This document shows positions 37,611 through 52,329 of a DNA stretch of 64,000 bases, piece after piece (within the stretch, counting starts at the first letter, position 1; each line of letters starts with the position of its first letter). The notes under the pieces were generated by a model. The model saw nothing but the letters and a program-made list of their open reading frames with translations, did no database searches and was not told the DNA's origin. Both the position numbers and the translations under genes were made by a program. The DNA comes from Vicugna vicugna (taxonomy: Eukaryota): NCBI GenBank assembly GCA_013265495.1, contig MU058844.1, positions 2,521,520 through 2,585,519 on the forward strand, written 5' to 3'.

Positions 37611-40600
37611 GCATAAATGAATAACTCCATTCTTTTCTTCCTTACCACAACTGAGACAAAGAGGTAAAAGATCATCATTAAAACTATTTCGCATGGGTCA
37701 GTATTCTTTTACTGGACAAATTGTATGGTAATTTTTTAAATGATTATTCATTGAGTTGCACAGAAAAAATTTCTTAATTCTTAGATTAAAGTATATCTCT
37801 CAGTTCATTATAAATATAAATAGGAAATAAGCAATCATTCTTAAAAAACAGATATAGAGAAGTTTTACAAACTTAGCAGATAGGGTAAAAGTCTTTTACT
37901 AATTTTAATACAAATTTTACTCCTAATAAATTCGTGTTACTAGAAAAGGGTTTGCTTTATTAAATTTTCTGGTATCTTTTATAGAGCAGGATATGAAAAT
38001 AATTAATGCAAAAGAAGAAACTGAACATATTATTTATACAATAAAAAACTATCAACTTTAATGGTTATCTAAATTATTAAGTGACAGTATGATGATCTTA
38101 CCAAAATTATTTTATATTAAGGGACTACATTAATGCCTTTCATATCACATCAATTTTTGGACACAAACTATTCTAATGACTTTGGCATTTTGTATTTTTT
38201 TCTTGAGCAGAGTTAATTCATAAATCTGCACACAGTCTTTCCTATAGATGAATCTTGGATAGTTTGGTAAATTATGTTCATCTCAATGGATACTAATGTC
38301 AGAAAATAATTCTCTCTCTAATTTTAAATGGACTCAAAAGCACTTAAGGATTTAAAAAAAAGCACAGAATCTGGTTGAATCAGTCTAATTGCTTTACTTC
38401 AATTTCTTTTTTATTCAACATACAGCATCTGCTATTCACAACGTTTCTGGTTTCTAGATACCTTGGTTTTAATTTTAAAAAACAAATAATGAAACATATA
38501 ATTAGATTTTGGATTGTTCATGAATAGCTTCAACTGATTTTTTTTTAAATCGTCTGATTTGGATGACATATTCATTAAAATCCTGACATATATTGATTAC
38601 AGAAAAGTACTACCCTAAGCAAGTCCTATCAGAGTTCCATAGTTTTTTGAGATTACCTTTCCTTTAATAAACAAATTAAGTGAGCTGACTTCTCATTCTG
38701 TATGGGAAGTCAATATCATTGTCAACATCTTGAAGAAAACCAAGGATAGTTCTTAATTTTTCTTAGTTTTCACCATCACCTCTTGTTCTTATTTACTTCA
38801 CTCCCTATTCTTATTTCACTGGCTCTCTCCTTTAGAACTTTGTATTTGTAATTTTATCAAAGTTATTTATGCAAATGGTTTAACGAGACAAATGATTTTA
38901 TGAGACACATATACAAAAAACAGTAACCACTGTAAACTCAAACCAATTATCTCTCTCCTGTGATAACTTTTTTCAGGACTTCTGGCTTATTCTTTTGGTA
39001 TTCACCTATGTATCAGTCGAAGGCAACAGTCCTATGCAGAAAGCACTGTATTCCCACAAACAGACATCCTAGAGGGCAGGCCATAAGTATACAATTAAAG
39101 AGTAGTAGGTAAGGAAAGTGTAATTCTTTCACTTAAGTGTCAGCTTACTGTTGTCTACCAGAAATTGATTCCTTTGTATCTGTGTTCTACCTATTGACTA
39201 GAGCTCTATTACAGAGTTGTTGCATTGCTTTCTAGTCATTTTAATCAGCTGTCTTCCCATTTAGACTATGAAGTCCTCAAATATCCTTAATACTCATATG
39301 TAAAGCTATACATATTTTCTAACTTAATATCTGAAACATAATGGGTTTTTAAAAATACTTAACTAAATTAATTTTAATCATTTTAGGTGTTACCTGCTTT
39401 ATGTTGTGTACTTACTTGCTATTGTACTAGCTCTTTGAGGATCCATAATTCTTTTAGGTTACAGAGGCATGAAGCACCAGAGAGTCACCACACTAACCTT
39501 TACTGTCTTATTGCCAGAACCCTGGGATCCTAAAGGTACTTCAGGTTTGTATACTTCAAAGGGAGATATAAAAAATAAAACCATTGTTTTTATTGTCTCA
39601 TTAAATGCCTCAATAGCAGCATGGAACTGAGAGAAAGATGAATCATTCAAGAGGAGAAGGGTTATTGAGAAAAACTAGGTAGAGATATTGCCATTTGCTT
39701 CCCTACAAGTATTTTAATACCCGTTTTTAATACTCTATCATGGTATCTCTAGCAACCAACAATCTGTTTTACCACTTGTTATATTCGGATAGACATCTTG
39801 ACAGAGTTCTAGTCTAACATTAATCTTTTTCACAAAATAGACATTCTAAAATATGAATAATTACAATTATAAGAAAGAATATCTACTATGTGAAAAATAT
39901 TTTGAATAGATTATCTCTAATCCTTTTAAAAACTGACACAGATAATATGTTAGTTAGGACTAGTTCCAAGTAATAGAAAGCAACTTGATCTAGGTTAAGA
40001 AAACTGTATTATAAGAATACAGGAGTAGCTAATGGAGGCCAAGGAAAGGCATACAACCAGAACTAGGAAAGGCAAAAACCAGACATTGGAGATTTGTCAG
40101 AAATTCTGTGTTTCTTCATTTATTTTGGTTTCCCCTGTACACTGCCTGGCTTGTATTTATACGCCTAGGCCTAGGCTTATAAGGAACTAAAGGTGTTGGT
40201 GCAGATCAGTTTAGGAATTTCCCAGTGAATAGGCAATGCATATATTGGAATAATAAATATTATAACTGACCATAAAAATCACATTGGCCTTGACATCCAA
40301 ACAAAAGTCAGAGAAAATAATTTATGTTATGGAAATATGAATACAGGAAATCATACTGTTGCAATTTAGATCACTGTTCAATAATTAGCACAACTTCTGT
40401 TCAGAGAGAAGCATTATTGTTATTACTCCAAATATGACTATAGAGATGCCGGCAAATTCAATCATGGTTTTATTTTTTTTCCAGTAGCTAAAGTAATATA
40501 TTATAGCCATTGTAAAATTAGTCTAAATCTTGCATTTGGTTTGTCCCCTGAAGGCCTAATTTTTTTTTTAAAATGGCATTTTCAATGCCACTTCTTGAGG

Positions 40601-41549
40601 TTTGTGATACTTTGGCTCTTTCTAATTTGCAGAACAATCATAGTTATTGCTAATCTTGTAATTCCACTTATGTTGAAGCACAGAGAATCTGTCCTCTGGG
40701 CACTATTGTTCGTAACTTGAAAAGTATATTTCATTATGTTAGAGACTATTTTAAACTATACTAAGTATAAAGTCAAGCAATATACATTTCATGAAATCAA
40801 ATCGATTTTTTTATAGAATATCATTCTGGGAATAGTATGTTTTTCAGAAAATAATATACGCATGAATTTAAGAATATATTTTTCAAAAGTTCTGAAAGAT
40901 TTTAAAGTTGACATTCATAGAACAAATAAACTCAATGCCAAAGCCGTATTTAGTGCCCTATGTCTTTGCAACTCATACAACTATTTGTTAAAAAAAAAAA
41001 TGCATTCTAAAATGATTCAAATGCAAATGAATTTAGAATTCACCCATAAAATGTTTGAGTAATTTCTTCTTGGCATGCATCAATATGTATTCATATTTTG
41101 GTTGAACAAACTAATATTGCTCATTTTAATTGAAAAATGATTTATTAAATATGTCTATTATGTCTCATACAATGAAAAGTTAAACAGGTGTGAGATATAG
41201 ATTTTCTTCACAATGTATATACCATGAAGTCAGAAAAATAAATAATTGGCTTTAAAATACATATGTAACAAAAAGTTTAAAAGAGATATTGAATAAAAAT
41301 CTTAGAGACAGAGGGGAATGATTCTTTCTCACTGGAGCACACTGGAGAAAGAAGAAAAGAAAATTACCATTTATTTTGTGTAACTGTTTCTGTTTTTAGG
41401 TATCCACTTTACATGTGAGGAAACTGGGTTCCACATTGCACAAAAAATCTTCTAAGATTCAATCACATAGGTACAGAGTCTGAAATGAAAACCCACATCA
41501 TCTGATTTTTGTTTCATTGTTCCTGTCATTTCCTGCTCTAAAGAACTCT

Positions 41550-42600
41550 TCAATGAGGAATACCATTAAACAGAGCATTAAGGAATAAGAAGGAGTTTGT
41601 ATTGGAACCAAAGTTAAGGGGAAAAGAACAGTTACGGCAAAATAAAGAGCATCAGGAAATAAAGTTTTGAACTAAAACATAGGTATGAAACTTGCGGGAG
41701 AGAGAGGAGGATGAAATATGTTCAAATTATGATTAGTCTTTAAACCATTCCAAATATGAGTATCATGCTGAATTCTGGGTCAGACAAGGGAAAATATTGA
41801 AATATGTGTTATGAAGATAATTTCAGTATCATTAAGAAGAAACAAATGGATAAGGAAGAAATGAGAGGCAGAGATTAGATAATCTGCTTTTGTTTTGAGT
41901 CCAGGTTAGAGATGAAGCAAGCCGGAATAGGGAATGCAGGGGATGGATGAATTAAGGAAATAATAAAGATTGAATCATCCCAGTGGGTAAGTGCAGAAAG
42001 GAAATAAATGAAAGGTGAAGAGTGAGAAATGAAGTGAAAAACTAGTTCTGTTTATTTATAAAATATTAAATTGAAAGATTTAATTTATCTGTGTTTGGCA
42101 TTAAGGGTGCTGGAACATTAAGATTTTAAATGTTATTTTCCATTATAGCCTTATAAGGTAAATAATGCATCAGCTACTTCAGATTATTTTTGTGAACAAC
42201 AGCACAAGACATTATTAATTTAAAAAGTGAAAATATCCTTTTTCATTCATTTTCCTCACCTTCAGAAACTGAAGGGGGGACGTTTATTTCATATTAAGCA
42301 GTATGCTAGGCAATGTACATATGATAGTAAGCCCAGTCGACATAGCGGTTGTCTTCAGAGGGCTTAACAATTTAGTGGGTGAAACAGATTCCACTCAATT
42401 AATTAAGTAAGCAAAGAAGGAAATGTTAGGAAAAAGGAGTGAATGGTTCTGTAAGACATTTTTTTAGGGTCAGTTAAGCTAATCATTAAGTGAGAGTAAA
42501 CCTTCAGGAATAGACTCACTATGAGAAATCTGATGATGAAGATTTACCCGGGTGAAGTAGGAAGTAAAGACACCTCAGGCAAAATACATTTCTTCTCTTT
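41550..42600 (-). mobile_element. Decayed L2 fragments
   Basis: Purine-rich L2 motifs (gagtccaggttagagatgaag, gtatgctaggcaatg, gtcttcagagggcttaacaatttagtggg). Confidence 0.45.
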
Positions 42601-44126
42601 ACTTCCAATAGTTGTGCAAAGTGTTACAGTGGTGAACTGAGAATCCTGGTGGTGACCAGCACCCTCTAATGCTTAGACAATCTGGCATATCCCTGCAAAT
42701 ATCTTAGTCATTTTGACTTGACATTACCATTAATGAACAATGAAAAATTAAAGAAAAATAAATACATAAATAAATAAAACTAAATAATTTATAATTACTT
42801 TTTAAAGCCTTGTTTAAGATACACACATGCATGCATGTACAAACACACATACATACTCACACATAAACATAGAAACTATGCCAGAACAATAAGACTATAA
42901 ATATGGATAGTAATTTTTAATTAATGCACTCTGTATTTTTATTTTAAATTAAATCGATGTTAATCATGTGTTAACTATACTTTCTATATGTTATTGTATG
43001 GCTAATCAGGCATAATTCTTTATTATTTATACTTAGTTCTTTTGGAAGCTGAGACAATATTATAAATCTGAAAATAGCAGGTATATTTTCTTGTCTCTTA
43101 GGTTAAGTTTTAATTCACTGAAACCATCTGAACTAAAATCCTTTTCTTTCTTAATGTAAAGCATGAATTACTTAATAAAGTAAATTTCAAAATTGGCTTA
43201 AAAAGCTTTTGTAGGTAGAATAGAAGTGAAACACATAATATTCTTTCTTGCTTTGAAACAGATCTACTCAGATGGAATTATCAAGTTTTGCATCTGAAAG
43301 AGAGCAGAGATCATTTGATCAAACTGCCACATGTTACAGACAAGTGGCCATTCTATTTTGAAAGATCTGGGTTTTTCCCCATTCTTTCATGGACTTTAGT
43401 CTCCATCAAAGGACTGATGAATTGTGTTGAAGAAACTTATATATTCCTTTTATTTTAAAGAGACATGTTATTATTGCTTTAACATTTGAAATATTCTAAA
43501 AACTCTTAATAGGACAAGGAAGAATATTCCAGTATACCTGCAAATATATACTTATATTTTCAATTTTCCTTTTAGCTAAGTGAGCGGGAGAGAGAAAAAT
43601 GGAATCGGGAGGTCATTGTCCAAAGTTCTCACATCTTTTCTTACTAGAAGATGAAAATCAACAATTGAAGCCAAAGACAGATTCAGATGGGGGAAACAGA
43701 TAAGAAAAGTGTTGCTTCTGTTGAAGAAGAATAGCAAAAGTCATCTGAATTTGTGTGTTTAGCTCACAAAATTCCGTTTCATGACTTTACACTCATTGCA
43801 AATGACGTTTAATAATGGTTTCGCAATAAAATATAAACTTCTAACCATGGGCTTTGAGTGTCTCCCCCGATTCTTTCTCAGCATACCTAATTATTCCCCT
43901 ATCACACTTGTAACTGATTGCCAACAGCTCAGAAAAGCTGGCTTGAGGGTGCAGAAGGAAACACACATGGAGATAATAATTTCCTTACCTTTAAAAAATT
44001 ATAGTAATAATAATCTTAACTTAATAAAACATGGCATTTTACAAAAAAAGTCTATGTGTAGTTAATATTAACTACTTGAAGCTTAAAAGACATTTATTCG
44101 TACTTATAGATGTATATAAGGAACAA

Positions 44127-44698
44127 TGTGTAGACATTCCATTTGTGTGTGTGTGTTTCTTTTGCTTACCCAGCATTTGTTACTAATATTCCTTCCTCCA
44201 AATCTCCAGCTTTATTCAGATCTACTCTTCATGAATTGATCATGAGCCTTGGAGAAAGCCTACTTTCACCTCCAGTCAAAGTATATCTTATTGATCTACA
44301 TGCAATCTCATTCTCCTTGGCAGCTCTTGATTCACAAAAGAACATGCTACCTAGTTTCCACCAATGAGATCTGAAGAAAAATTTGCTGGAGCAGAGATGT
44401 TTAGAAAATGTTTCTTCACTACTAAGAGCGGTATACAGGTAATGGTGTCTCTTCTTTTTCTGGGCACTATCTTAGAAGAAACTGCTGCAGCCATCTTGCT
44501 ACTAAAGAAGGAAGATAGCACATCTGACAAAGGAAAGAAAACATGTATCTTACATAATCACTGAATTTTTTAATTAAACAATCTATATCTTAACTTATCT
44601 TTGGATTTCTGTTATGTGAGATAATACATTTCCCTATTGTTGAAGCAAGTTTCAGAAAGTTTTCATTTCTTGAAGCAGAGGTTATTCTAAGTAATACA
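44127..44698 (+). mobile_element. MaLR MLT1 (K/L-like) solo LTR
   Basis: ctgctgcagccatcttgctacta, gttatgtgagataatacatttccctattg and terminal ctaagtaataca. Confidence 0.7.
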
Positions 44699-46018
44699 GA
44701 TGGGATAATTATTATTTAGCTGAAAGTTAAAGAATTTTACTTAACATAAATTTTTCCTTTTGAATTGGCCTTCTCAAATTATTTCTTTATATGAAGAAAT
44801 AAATTTGTATTAGTAGTACCTATACTGTGCATGGTGGTTTTAAGAAAAATATAGTATAGGACTGTATCCATTTCACCGTATTGATTCATCTACCTATGCA
44901 CTTGATGGGTAGCAAAATACAAAAAAATAGGTTATTCAAAGTCTGACTATATTATTTGGAGAATAAACAGCTGTTTGTAAAGTTCTTTTGCAAAAGTATT
45001 TTGGTGATATATGGGGTAAAAACATATGGATTAAATTTACCATCAATTAGTGTTTAAACTAGTGAAAATATTCAAAGAACATTATTTTAGCCAAAAAAGA
45101 GACATCCAAACAATCACTTAAGATATCCCCAACTTTTTTCTCATCTCAGTCTATCACTATTAAATTTAAGACATTTAAGAAAGAACTATAAATAGCCAAA
45201 ATCAAAGTCACAAATATGTATGAAAAATCTTGGCAAGTCACGCCAAAAAACAGAGTCAGCCTGGGTAAAGAGCTAGATTTCTCTTCATACTCAAAATTAA
45301 AAGTAAGCAAATTTATGATCATCCTATGACTCATAAATTTGGAATGGAGCTGTTTTGAAATGTTTGTACAAAAAGAAAGACTAATTGTTTAACTTTTAAA
45401 TGCTAAAGTACATGCCTTATTTCTCCTGGGACACACTGCAGCAGAACAATAGGTAGAGATAATGTACTGCTGTCAGGATATCCTCCCCAAGTAGGTTGGC
45501 ATTTTGTAGTTCATAACCCGTAGACAACAGTATAAATAAGATGAAATACAGCCATCCTTAGAATTGCCAAAAAGACATGTTTTCTTTTTTTGTGACTATA
45601 ATTTTAAAATGTTTCATTAAAATTTTGTTGTACTTCTTTCTTTTCTTAAGGATGTGTTTGAAACCATTAACTTCTACGTTTCTTATTTAGGATTTAAAAA
45701 ATAACTTGATTTATTAGTGTGGTTAATCCAAGTAGATCAGAATTTCACTTATTTATTTATTGAATCATTCAACATGAATTTTGTAAGCACTTACCATATG
45801 ACAGGTACTGTACTCATGCAGAATGCATGACTTGAAGTAAGACAGACACTATGCCTGCCCTCACTATACACTGACTTCGAGAAAGACAGGAAATTAAAGC
45901 CCACACAGTGTCTAGGGCGGTACTGTAGGAAGTACAAGTCTCAACAGAATCACAGAGCAAAAGCATCAAACCAGTTTAAAGGATCAAGGAAGACTTCTTA
46001 GAGTGAATGATTTTTAAG

Positions 46019-46228
46019 CTGTGTTTTCCAAATCAAAGGTTGTAAACTCAATTTAGTAAATCAAGCAGAGTAGAATAGAATAGAATTTCACATAAAAATG
46101 TATGACTATTGTTTCATGAAATAGTTTTTCAGTTGTGTTTTGGATCATGTAAGAGAAATATCTGGGTTTGATGTAAAATATATTTTTTAAGATGGGTCAG
46201 GACCAAAACTGTGTTTGAAATCCATTAG
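46019..46228. mobile_element. hAT-Charlie-type non-autonomous DNA transposon
   Basis: Degenerate termini ctgtgttttccaaa / tttgaaatccatt; internal agaatagaatagaa, tattgtttcatgaaa and gatgtaaaatatatt. Confidence 0.5.
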
Positions 46229-46286
46229 CCAAAAGGATGAGTGGAAATTAAGTCATCACAAATGAGGATTAAGAATTCTCCTGGCA

Positions 46287-46830
46287 TTACAATAGCCAAG
46301 ACATGGAAACAACCTAAATGTACATTGACAGATGACTGGATAAAGAAGTTGTGGTATATTTATATAATGGAATACTACTCAGCCACAAAAAACAATAAAA
46401 AAATGCCATTTGCAGCAACATGCATGGACCTGGAGAATATCATTCTAAGTGGTAAGCCAGAAAGAGAAAGACAAATACCATATGATATCATTCATATGTA
46501 GAATCTAAAAAATAAAGGACAAATGAACGTACATAAAAAACAGAAACAGATCCACAGACATAGAATACAGACTTGTAGCTGCTGGGGGTGGGGCGGGAAG
46601 GGATAAACTGGGAGCTCAAGATTTGCAGATACTGACTGGTATATATACAATAGATAAACAAGTTTATACTGTATAGCACAGGGAAATATATTCAATATCT
46701 TCTAGTAGCTTATGGTGAAAAAGAATATGAAAATTAATATATGTATACTCATATATGACTGAAGAAGTGTGCTGTACACCAGAAATTGACACAACATTGT
46801 AAACTGACTATACCTCAATTAAAAAAAAAA
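46287..46830 (+). mobile_element. 5'-truncated lineage-specific L1 (about 540 bp) with polyA and TSD
   Basis: ORF2 end TIAKTWKQPKCTLTDDWIKKLWYIYIMEYYSA, 3' UTR and A10 tail. TSD aagaattctcctggca (46271-46286) / aggaattttcccggca (46830-46845), 13/16 identical. Confidence 0.95.
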
Positions 46831-49325
46831 GGAATTTTCCCGGCAGGACCAGGAGTTTTCTGGCAAAGAAAAGCAGGTGCAAATGCCCAGAGGTTTGAAA
46901 GTTTATATAATTCTAGAAGTTGAGACAAGTTCAGGAAAGCTGAAAGAATTGTATGGGATCTCAGTTGTGTGATGAAGTGGGGTTGGTGGCTGAATTCAGG
47001 GTCGAAAGTGGCTATCACACATCCTATAAGCCATGTCATGAAGTTTGCATATTATTTGCAGAGCAATAGTTAGCTGATAAATGGTTTTAAGCAGGGGGAT
47101 ATGACCATGCTTGCATGTTTTAGAATAACTCTGATTAATATTTTCCAAATGGGAGAGAGGAAAATCAATATTGGAGGCAGGAAGCTTACAGTAATTCAGA
47201 TGGCCTAGTCAAGCAGTGCGATTTGGAGGATATACAGAAGTGGATGGATATAAATCCCTGGTGGAAATATCAGACTGGTATTTGGCTGTGGGAAATAAGG
47301 GAAATGGAGGTGCCTGGAATGCCTGTCAAACTGCAGGCAGGAACAGTTAGATGCACAGTGCTAATGCTGAGTTGGGGGAAACAATGGTAAAGAAGCAGAT
47401 GTGATGACTAAGGACAGAAATTTTCAGTTTTGGACATACTGATTGTCAAATCTACTCATTCTCAAGCCATTCACAGCAAAGAAACTTCAAAAGGTTGTCA
47501 CTAAGGGTCAATTCATGATAAAGATAGATACAGCTCTTTGGAACATTTTCTAAGTAGGAACCACATTTTCCAATGTCTATACATTTCATCATAGGTTCTG
47601 CCACCCTGGTTTAACTACCATAGTTCAAACAGTAATGTTAAGTCATGTTTCAATATATTGGTCTTTCAAACTTTAGATTTCATTTCCTTTTCAAATAAAA
47701 ATATATTTTTTTCTATAGAAAAATTTGAAGTTAGTAATCACAATGCTAAACAGTGTAACAAAAGCAATCTCCAATATATCTCCAATTATCCAATACATAG
47801 TAGTATCTAAGGTTATTTTTTTATATTTGGATATGTGAAATGAAGATCATTTATTATTTAAGTGGATTCATGTGGTTTAAAAAATAGAAATTAAATTGTA
47901 TAGAGATATAAATTTTTCATCTTGAAAAATAAATGGAGATATATTTAGACACATGAGAAATTTTGTGGATATAAACTTTTTTTAACCACAGCAAATTCAT
48001 ACTTACACCATATCACTATAATAAAGAAGTTTTCTATCCTGACAATTACAATTTTCTGCTAGTTGAGCACTCACAATGTAGCAGAGCTATAAAGCACAAA
48101 TAGAAATTCTTCTCCTATCTCTAGCAATTCAAGGGGAAATGTTCATGCAGTATTTTATTAAATTAATTCTCCTTTCTTCAATTTTGGGGTGCATATATAT
48201 ACTGCTATGACGCCAGTTGTTTCTGTCAAAAAAATGCTGTTCAGTAGTCTGTGCTGATAAATTGCCAGATGATGACCATGAGCAAGGCATTTCATATCAC
48301 AGGTCTCCTACCCTGGAAGTGTCTCTGTTACTGTTGGGAAACAGAGCTCTCTCTGAGAATCTGAAAGGCCCAAGGACAATGTTCTTATGAGCCTCTCCTA
48401 CTCCTCCTTAGACATAAATTGGGTTAAAAATAAAATTAAAACTGGATTAAAACCTATGTAATGTGAAGAAAACTAAGTAGAAAAGGGCACAGAATTTGGG
48501 GGCGTGTGTGTGGGATGGTATGCATCCAGGCCTGCTTGCATGTGTGCCTGTGCAACTTGTGTGGTATACGTGGAAACTACACGCTATTGTTCCAGAGTCT
48601 GAGCTTTTGTTTTGTTTTGAATTATTTCCTTGCCTGAAAAAGCATAACTCTTGAGAATGAAAAAGCTTTCAATACTATGGTCACTGCTATCATTTTTTTT
48701 TTCAGTTATTTTGAAAGGTCAAAGTCAACTCTCCTCTATCATTTTACTTCTCCAGCAGTAGAGGTTTCTGAGTGTGTGCTGGGGGAAATCTCAGGGATAA
48801 CTTCAGTTTTATCCTGTGTCACGAGCAAGGCCACAGTGGACACCACCACCAGTGCTTAGGGCAAATATAGTAAAACTCAATTGTCACTGTTTATGAAGGA
48901 CCTTTAAAATGCCAAGATCCTCATGCCCAATAATTTTATTTCTCGAATTTTGTCTGTCAAATTTTTACAATTAGAGAAGTTTATTGCAGCATCATTTACA
49001 ATTTAAAGACTTATTTAAAAAACTAAATGCCAAGAATAAGGACTAAATAAATTATAGTGGAGCCTCCTGGTAGAAAGTATAATGCCATTAAAATATTTAT
49101 GTGTTTAACAAAAGAAATACTTTGTAGTTTACAAAAAGTTATACTGACATGAAAATATTTATATCACAAAGCAAGGTAAAATAAGCAAGATTTATCATTG
49201 TAAATACTTTTCTAAGAAATTCAAAGTGATAAATATATAATACAGACTTAAAGGAGTTTTAACACAATACAGCATTCATTTCTGAAAGATCGTATCACAA
49301 TATTTTTTCTTTCTACTGTAGTTTT

Positions 49326-49623
49326 TTTTTGTTTTTTCTTAATTGAAGTACCATCAGTTACAATGTGTCAATTTCTAGTGTACAGCACAATGTCCCAGTC
49401 ATGCACATACATACATAATTTGTTTTCATATTCTGTGTCATTAAAGATTATTAGAAGATACTGATCATAGTTCCCTGTGCTATACATCAGAAATGTTTTT
49501 TAAAATCTATTTTTATATATAGTGGATAACATTTGTAAATCTCAAACTCCCAAATTTATACCTTTCCACCCCCTTTCCCTGGTAACCATAAGATTGTTTA
49601 CTATGTCTGCGAAACTGTTTCTG
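49326..49623 (-). mobile_element. Short lineage-specific L1 3' UTR copy with TSD
   Basis: Homologous to 11045-11310. TSD ttttctttctactgtagtttt (49305-49325) / ttttctttccactgtaatttt (49624-49644). Confidence 0.9.
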
Positions 49624-51159
49624 TTTTCTTTCCACTGTAATTTTAAACATATTTTAAAGTGAAATGAATTACCTATTAATCGGAAAAAATAGAAAATTAA
49701 CAATTTTTTCCTTCTGCAAATGTATACTCCATATTATTATCCAAAGTTTATCCATAAAAGACGCTTAAGCAAATAATCTGCCTACATCCTTCAGGTTAGG
49801 TGTATCTCCATTTATTCACCAGAATTTTCATTTTTTATCGGTATCAAGATGCCTGTCATTATGGTTGGTATCATTAGCTTGTGTCTTAAGCTACCATTTG
49901 GTAGGAGAAAACTGTCTTTACAACAGTAAAATTCATTGCACTAATATAATTGTAATCCATTTTCTGTCTCTACAAATGCAGCCATATAGTACTAGATATT
50001 TAGGTCCCAATAAAATCCACAATAATAAATATTTCCATATCTGAATCCAAGGGTTGGATATTCAACTTAATCTATGAGGCTGGCAGTTGAGATGGGCACA
50101 AAGCAGTACTGAAAACAGTTTATCTGTGCATTCTACGTGCTCGATGTCACCTCTCTCCCACAGTGGAGAAGTATATAATCTCTCTTGCTTGCTCGCTCTT
50201 TTTTTATTAGCATGAAACCTGCTTTGCAACTCCCAAAGCTGCAATCCAATCAGACACACAGAGTAATTCCCTGTTTCAATGCTTCTTCCTTTAGTCTAGT
50301 TCAGAATACAAATGCAGACAATATTGCTTTCCCAGAGGCAAGCTAGAAAAATCTTTTTCTTTCTATAATAGAGGCAGAGAATAAACATTTCAAGATTGAA
50401 ATGCACTCATCTGTAAACAGAAATGACATAGCTGACATTTACTGGAAAAAAAATAAGCAGAGATTATCATTTCATAGCCTGCAGTAGACTGAAACTAGTT
50501 GAAAAGCAAATACTTCTTTTAGCACACCATTTCCTCTGTCTGATAATGGGTGTTGATCTTTGTGTTGCAGTCCTTCTAATTGCTTTGCTTTTATTTTTAA
50601 TGAACCTCCATTTCACTTACTCATCAGCCACATATGGGTGAAAATGGATGGTGATGCACAATCATTTACAGGTACCCTTTCATTAAAGATAAAAAGCTTC
50701 TGGGACTGTGGTCTGAAGAGGCAGTTAAACACTCATTCTTTCTTCCAACTTCGTTCAGCTATATCTTTCAAGCTCTGTAAGTGTTCACAGAAAAGGAAAA
50801 GAGTCCGCAATGTACATAAATAAGAACCCCCTGAGTAATTATTATTTAATTTGTATGTATACTTCTGAGAACGAGGCATACTGATTTGTGTCTGTACCTG
50901 CCTCCCTGACTAATTAATTAGGGAGGATGGAATCTAAAGAGACAGGTACAGTTTTTGACAAGTTATCCAGTGCCTGAGTTATCTGAGATCAAAAGTTATC
51001 TGAGATTAGGTGCTTTCAGAGGAGAAAATAGAACCACTCTGTTTAGAGCCTGAAGCTGTTTAAAAATCACTGGGCCAAAGAAATCAGAGAAACAAACTGG
51101 AAATGATCTAAGAGTGGCATATAGAGCATGAGATTTGGAGTTCACAGATGGGAATTCGA

Positions 51160-51255
51160 GGGGGTGGATATAAGCTCATTGGTAGAGCAGATATTTAGTA
51201 TGCAGGAGGTCCTGGATTCAATTCCCAGTACCTCCATTAAAAAAAAATTTTTTTA
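51160..51255 (+). mobile_element. tRNA-derived SINE, camelid Vic-1-like (shorter, more diverged copy)
   Basis: GGGGGTGGATATAAGCTCATTGGTAGAGCAGATATTTAGTATGCAGGAGGTCCTGGATTCAATTCCCAGTACCTCCATT plus A tract; inserted in a MIR (gcctcagtttcttcac downstream). Confidence 0.85.
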
Positions 51256-51459
51256 ATTGGAACTTGAATGCTTGATCAGTTTTGTGAGAGCTGCTTAGCC
51301 TTAAGCAAACAATTCAGAGCCTCAGTTTCTTCACATAGAGAAGGGAGGCACCAATATTGTTTACTGAGCTTGCCTCACAGTATTGCAGCTAAGATAAACC
51401 AAAAGAATGGATAATGAAAACCTTCAAAATCTATGGCTGTGTCTATGAGAATACTGCAT

Positions 51460-52320
51460 AACTAAAGGGGACATTTCATATCAGTGAAGAAAGTATGACT
51501 TATTCAATTAATTTCACTGAGACAATTGCCTAAACATTTGAAGAGGGAAAAATAATTTAGACCTCTAGCTCACACTTTTCACAAAAATAAATTATAGGTA
51601 TATTCAAAATTTAATAGTATAAATCTTAACCCAAAATATATCATAAAAAGCTTAAAATATGTTTATGAACTTCAAGTAAGAAAAACTTTCTTAAACCAAG
51701 CACAAAAAGTGAAACCCTGCATGAAAATATTTGCAGTATGTAGCAATTTTCACAAGGCACATTTAGAAATAAAGAAATATATACAATATATCCTTTGAAA
51801 ACAATAAAACAAGCATCCCAATTGAAAATGGTTAAATAGGTGAATATATATTTCATTGTAGAGGAAACACACATGATATTTTATGCATAATTTTAACTAA
51901 GTTTTAATCCTTTATTGTATTAATTGAGGATGAAGCTGTGAAGAAACGGTACCCCTCTATTTTTTGGTGGGGGGTTGTAAATAATACAGCCACCATGAAG
52001 GGTAATTTGAATCTATAAAATTTGACTGCCACTTATGATTATCTACCCTGAAAAATACCCACATTATTGCATAAGAAAGTTTATGTATGGATATGCATCA
52101 CATCTAATTTATACTTGCAAAATATTGGTAAAAAACAAAATGCTCATCAAAAAGAATGGCAAAATAACTATATTATGCTCAATTTGTGGAATGTGATGCA
52201 GCGACTAAAAAATATGTTAGTTCCACATATACCAACATGGGAAAAACTGGGAGCCATATTATTGAGGGAAAAAGCAAATTACTGAATGACATATACTGGA
52301 TGACACTATTATATCAGAAC
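51460..52320 (+). mobile_element. Old L1ME-like 3' fragment
   Basis: agacctctagctcacacttttcacaaaaataaa, tacagccaccatgaagggtaatttg and ttgagggaaaaagcaaattactgaatgac. Confidence 0.65.
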
Positions 52321-52329
52321 ATGCATTAG

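Larger units (their letters stand above)
45745..47450 (-). mobile_element. L2 element interrupted by a hAT MITE and a young L1
   Basis: atcattcaacatgaattttgtaagcacttaccatatgacagg at the left; ggttttaagcagggg and ttcagttttggacat at the right. Confidence 0.7.

Noticed and set aside
39448..39544. Possible plus-strand exon (cttttAG ... AAG|GTACT or CAG|GTTTG)
   Set aside because: Weak donors, short pyrimidine tract and unrecognised peptide.
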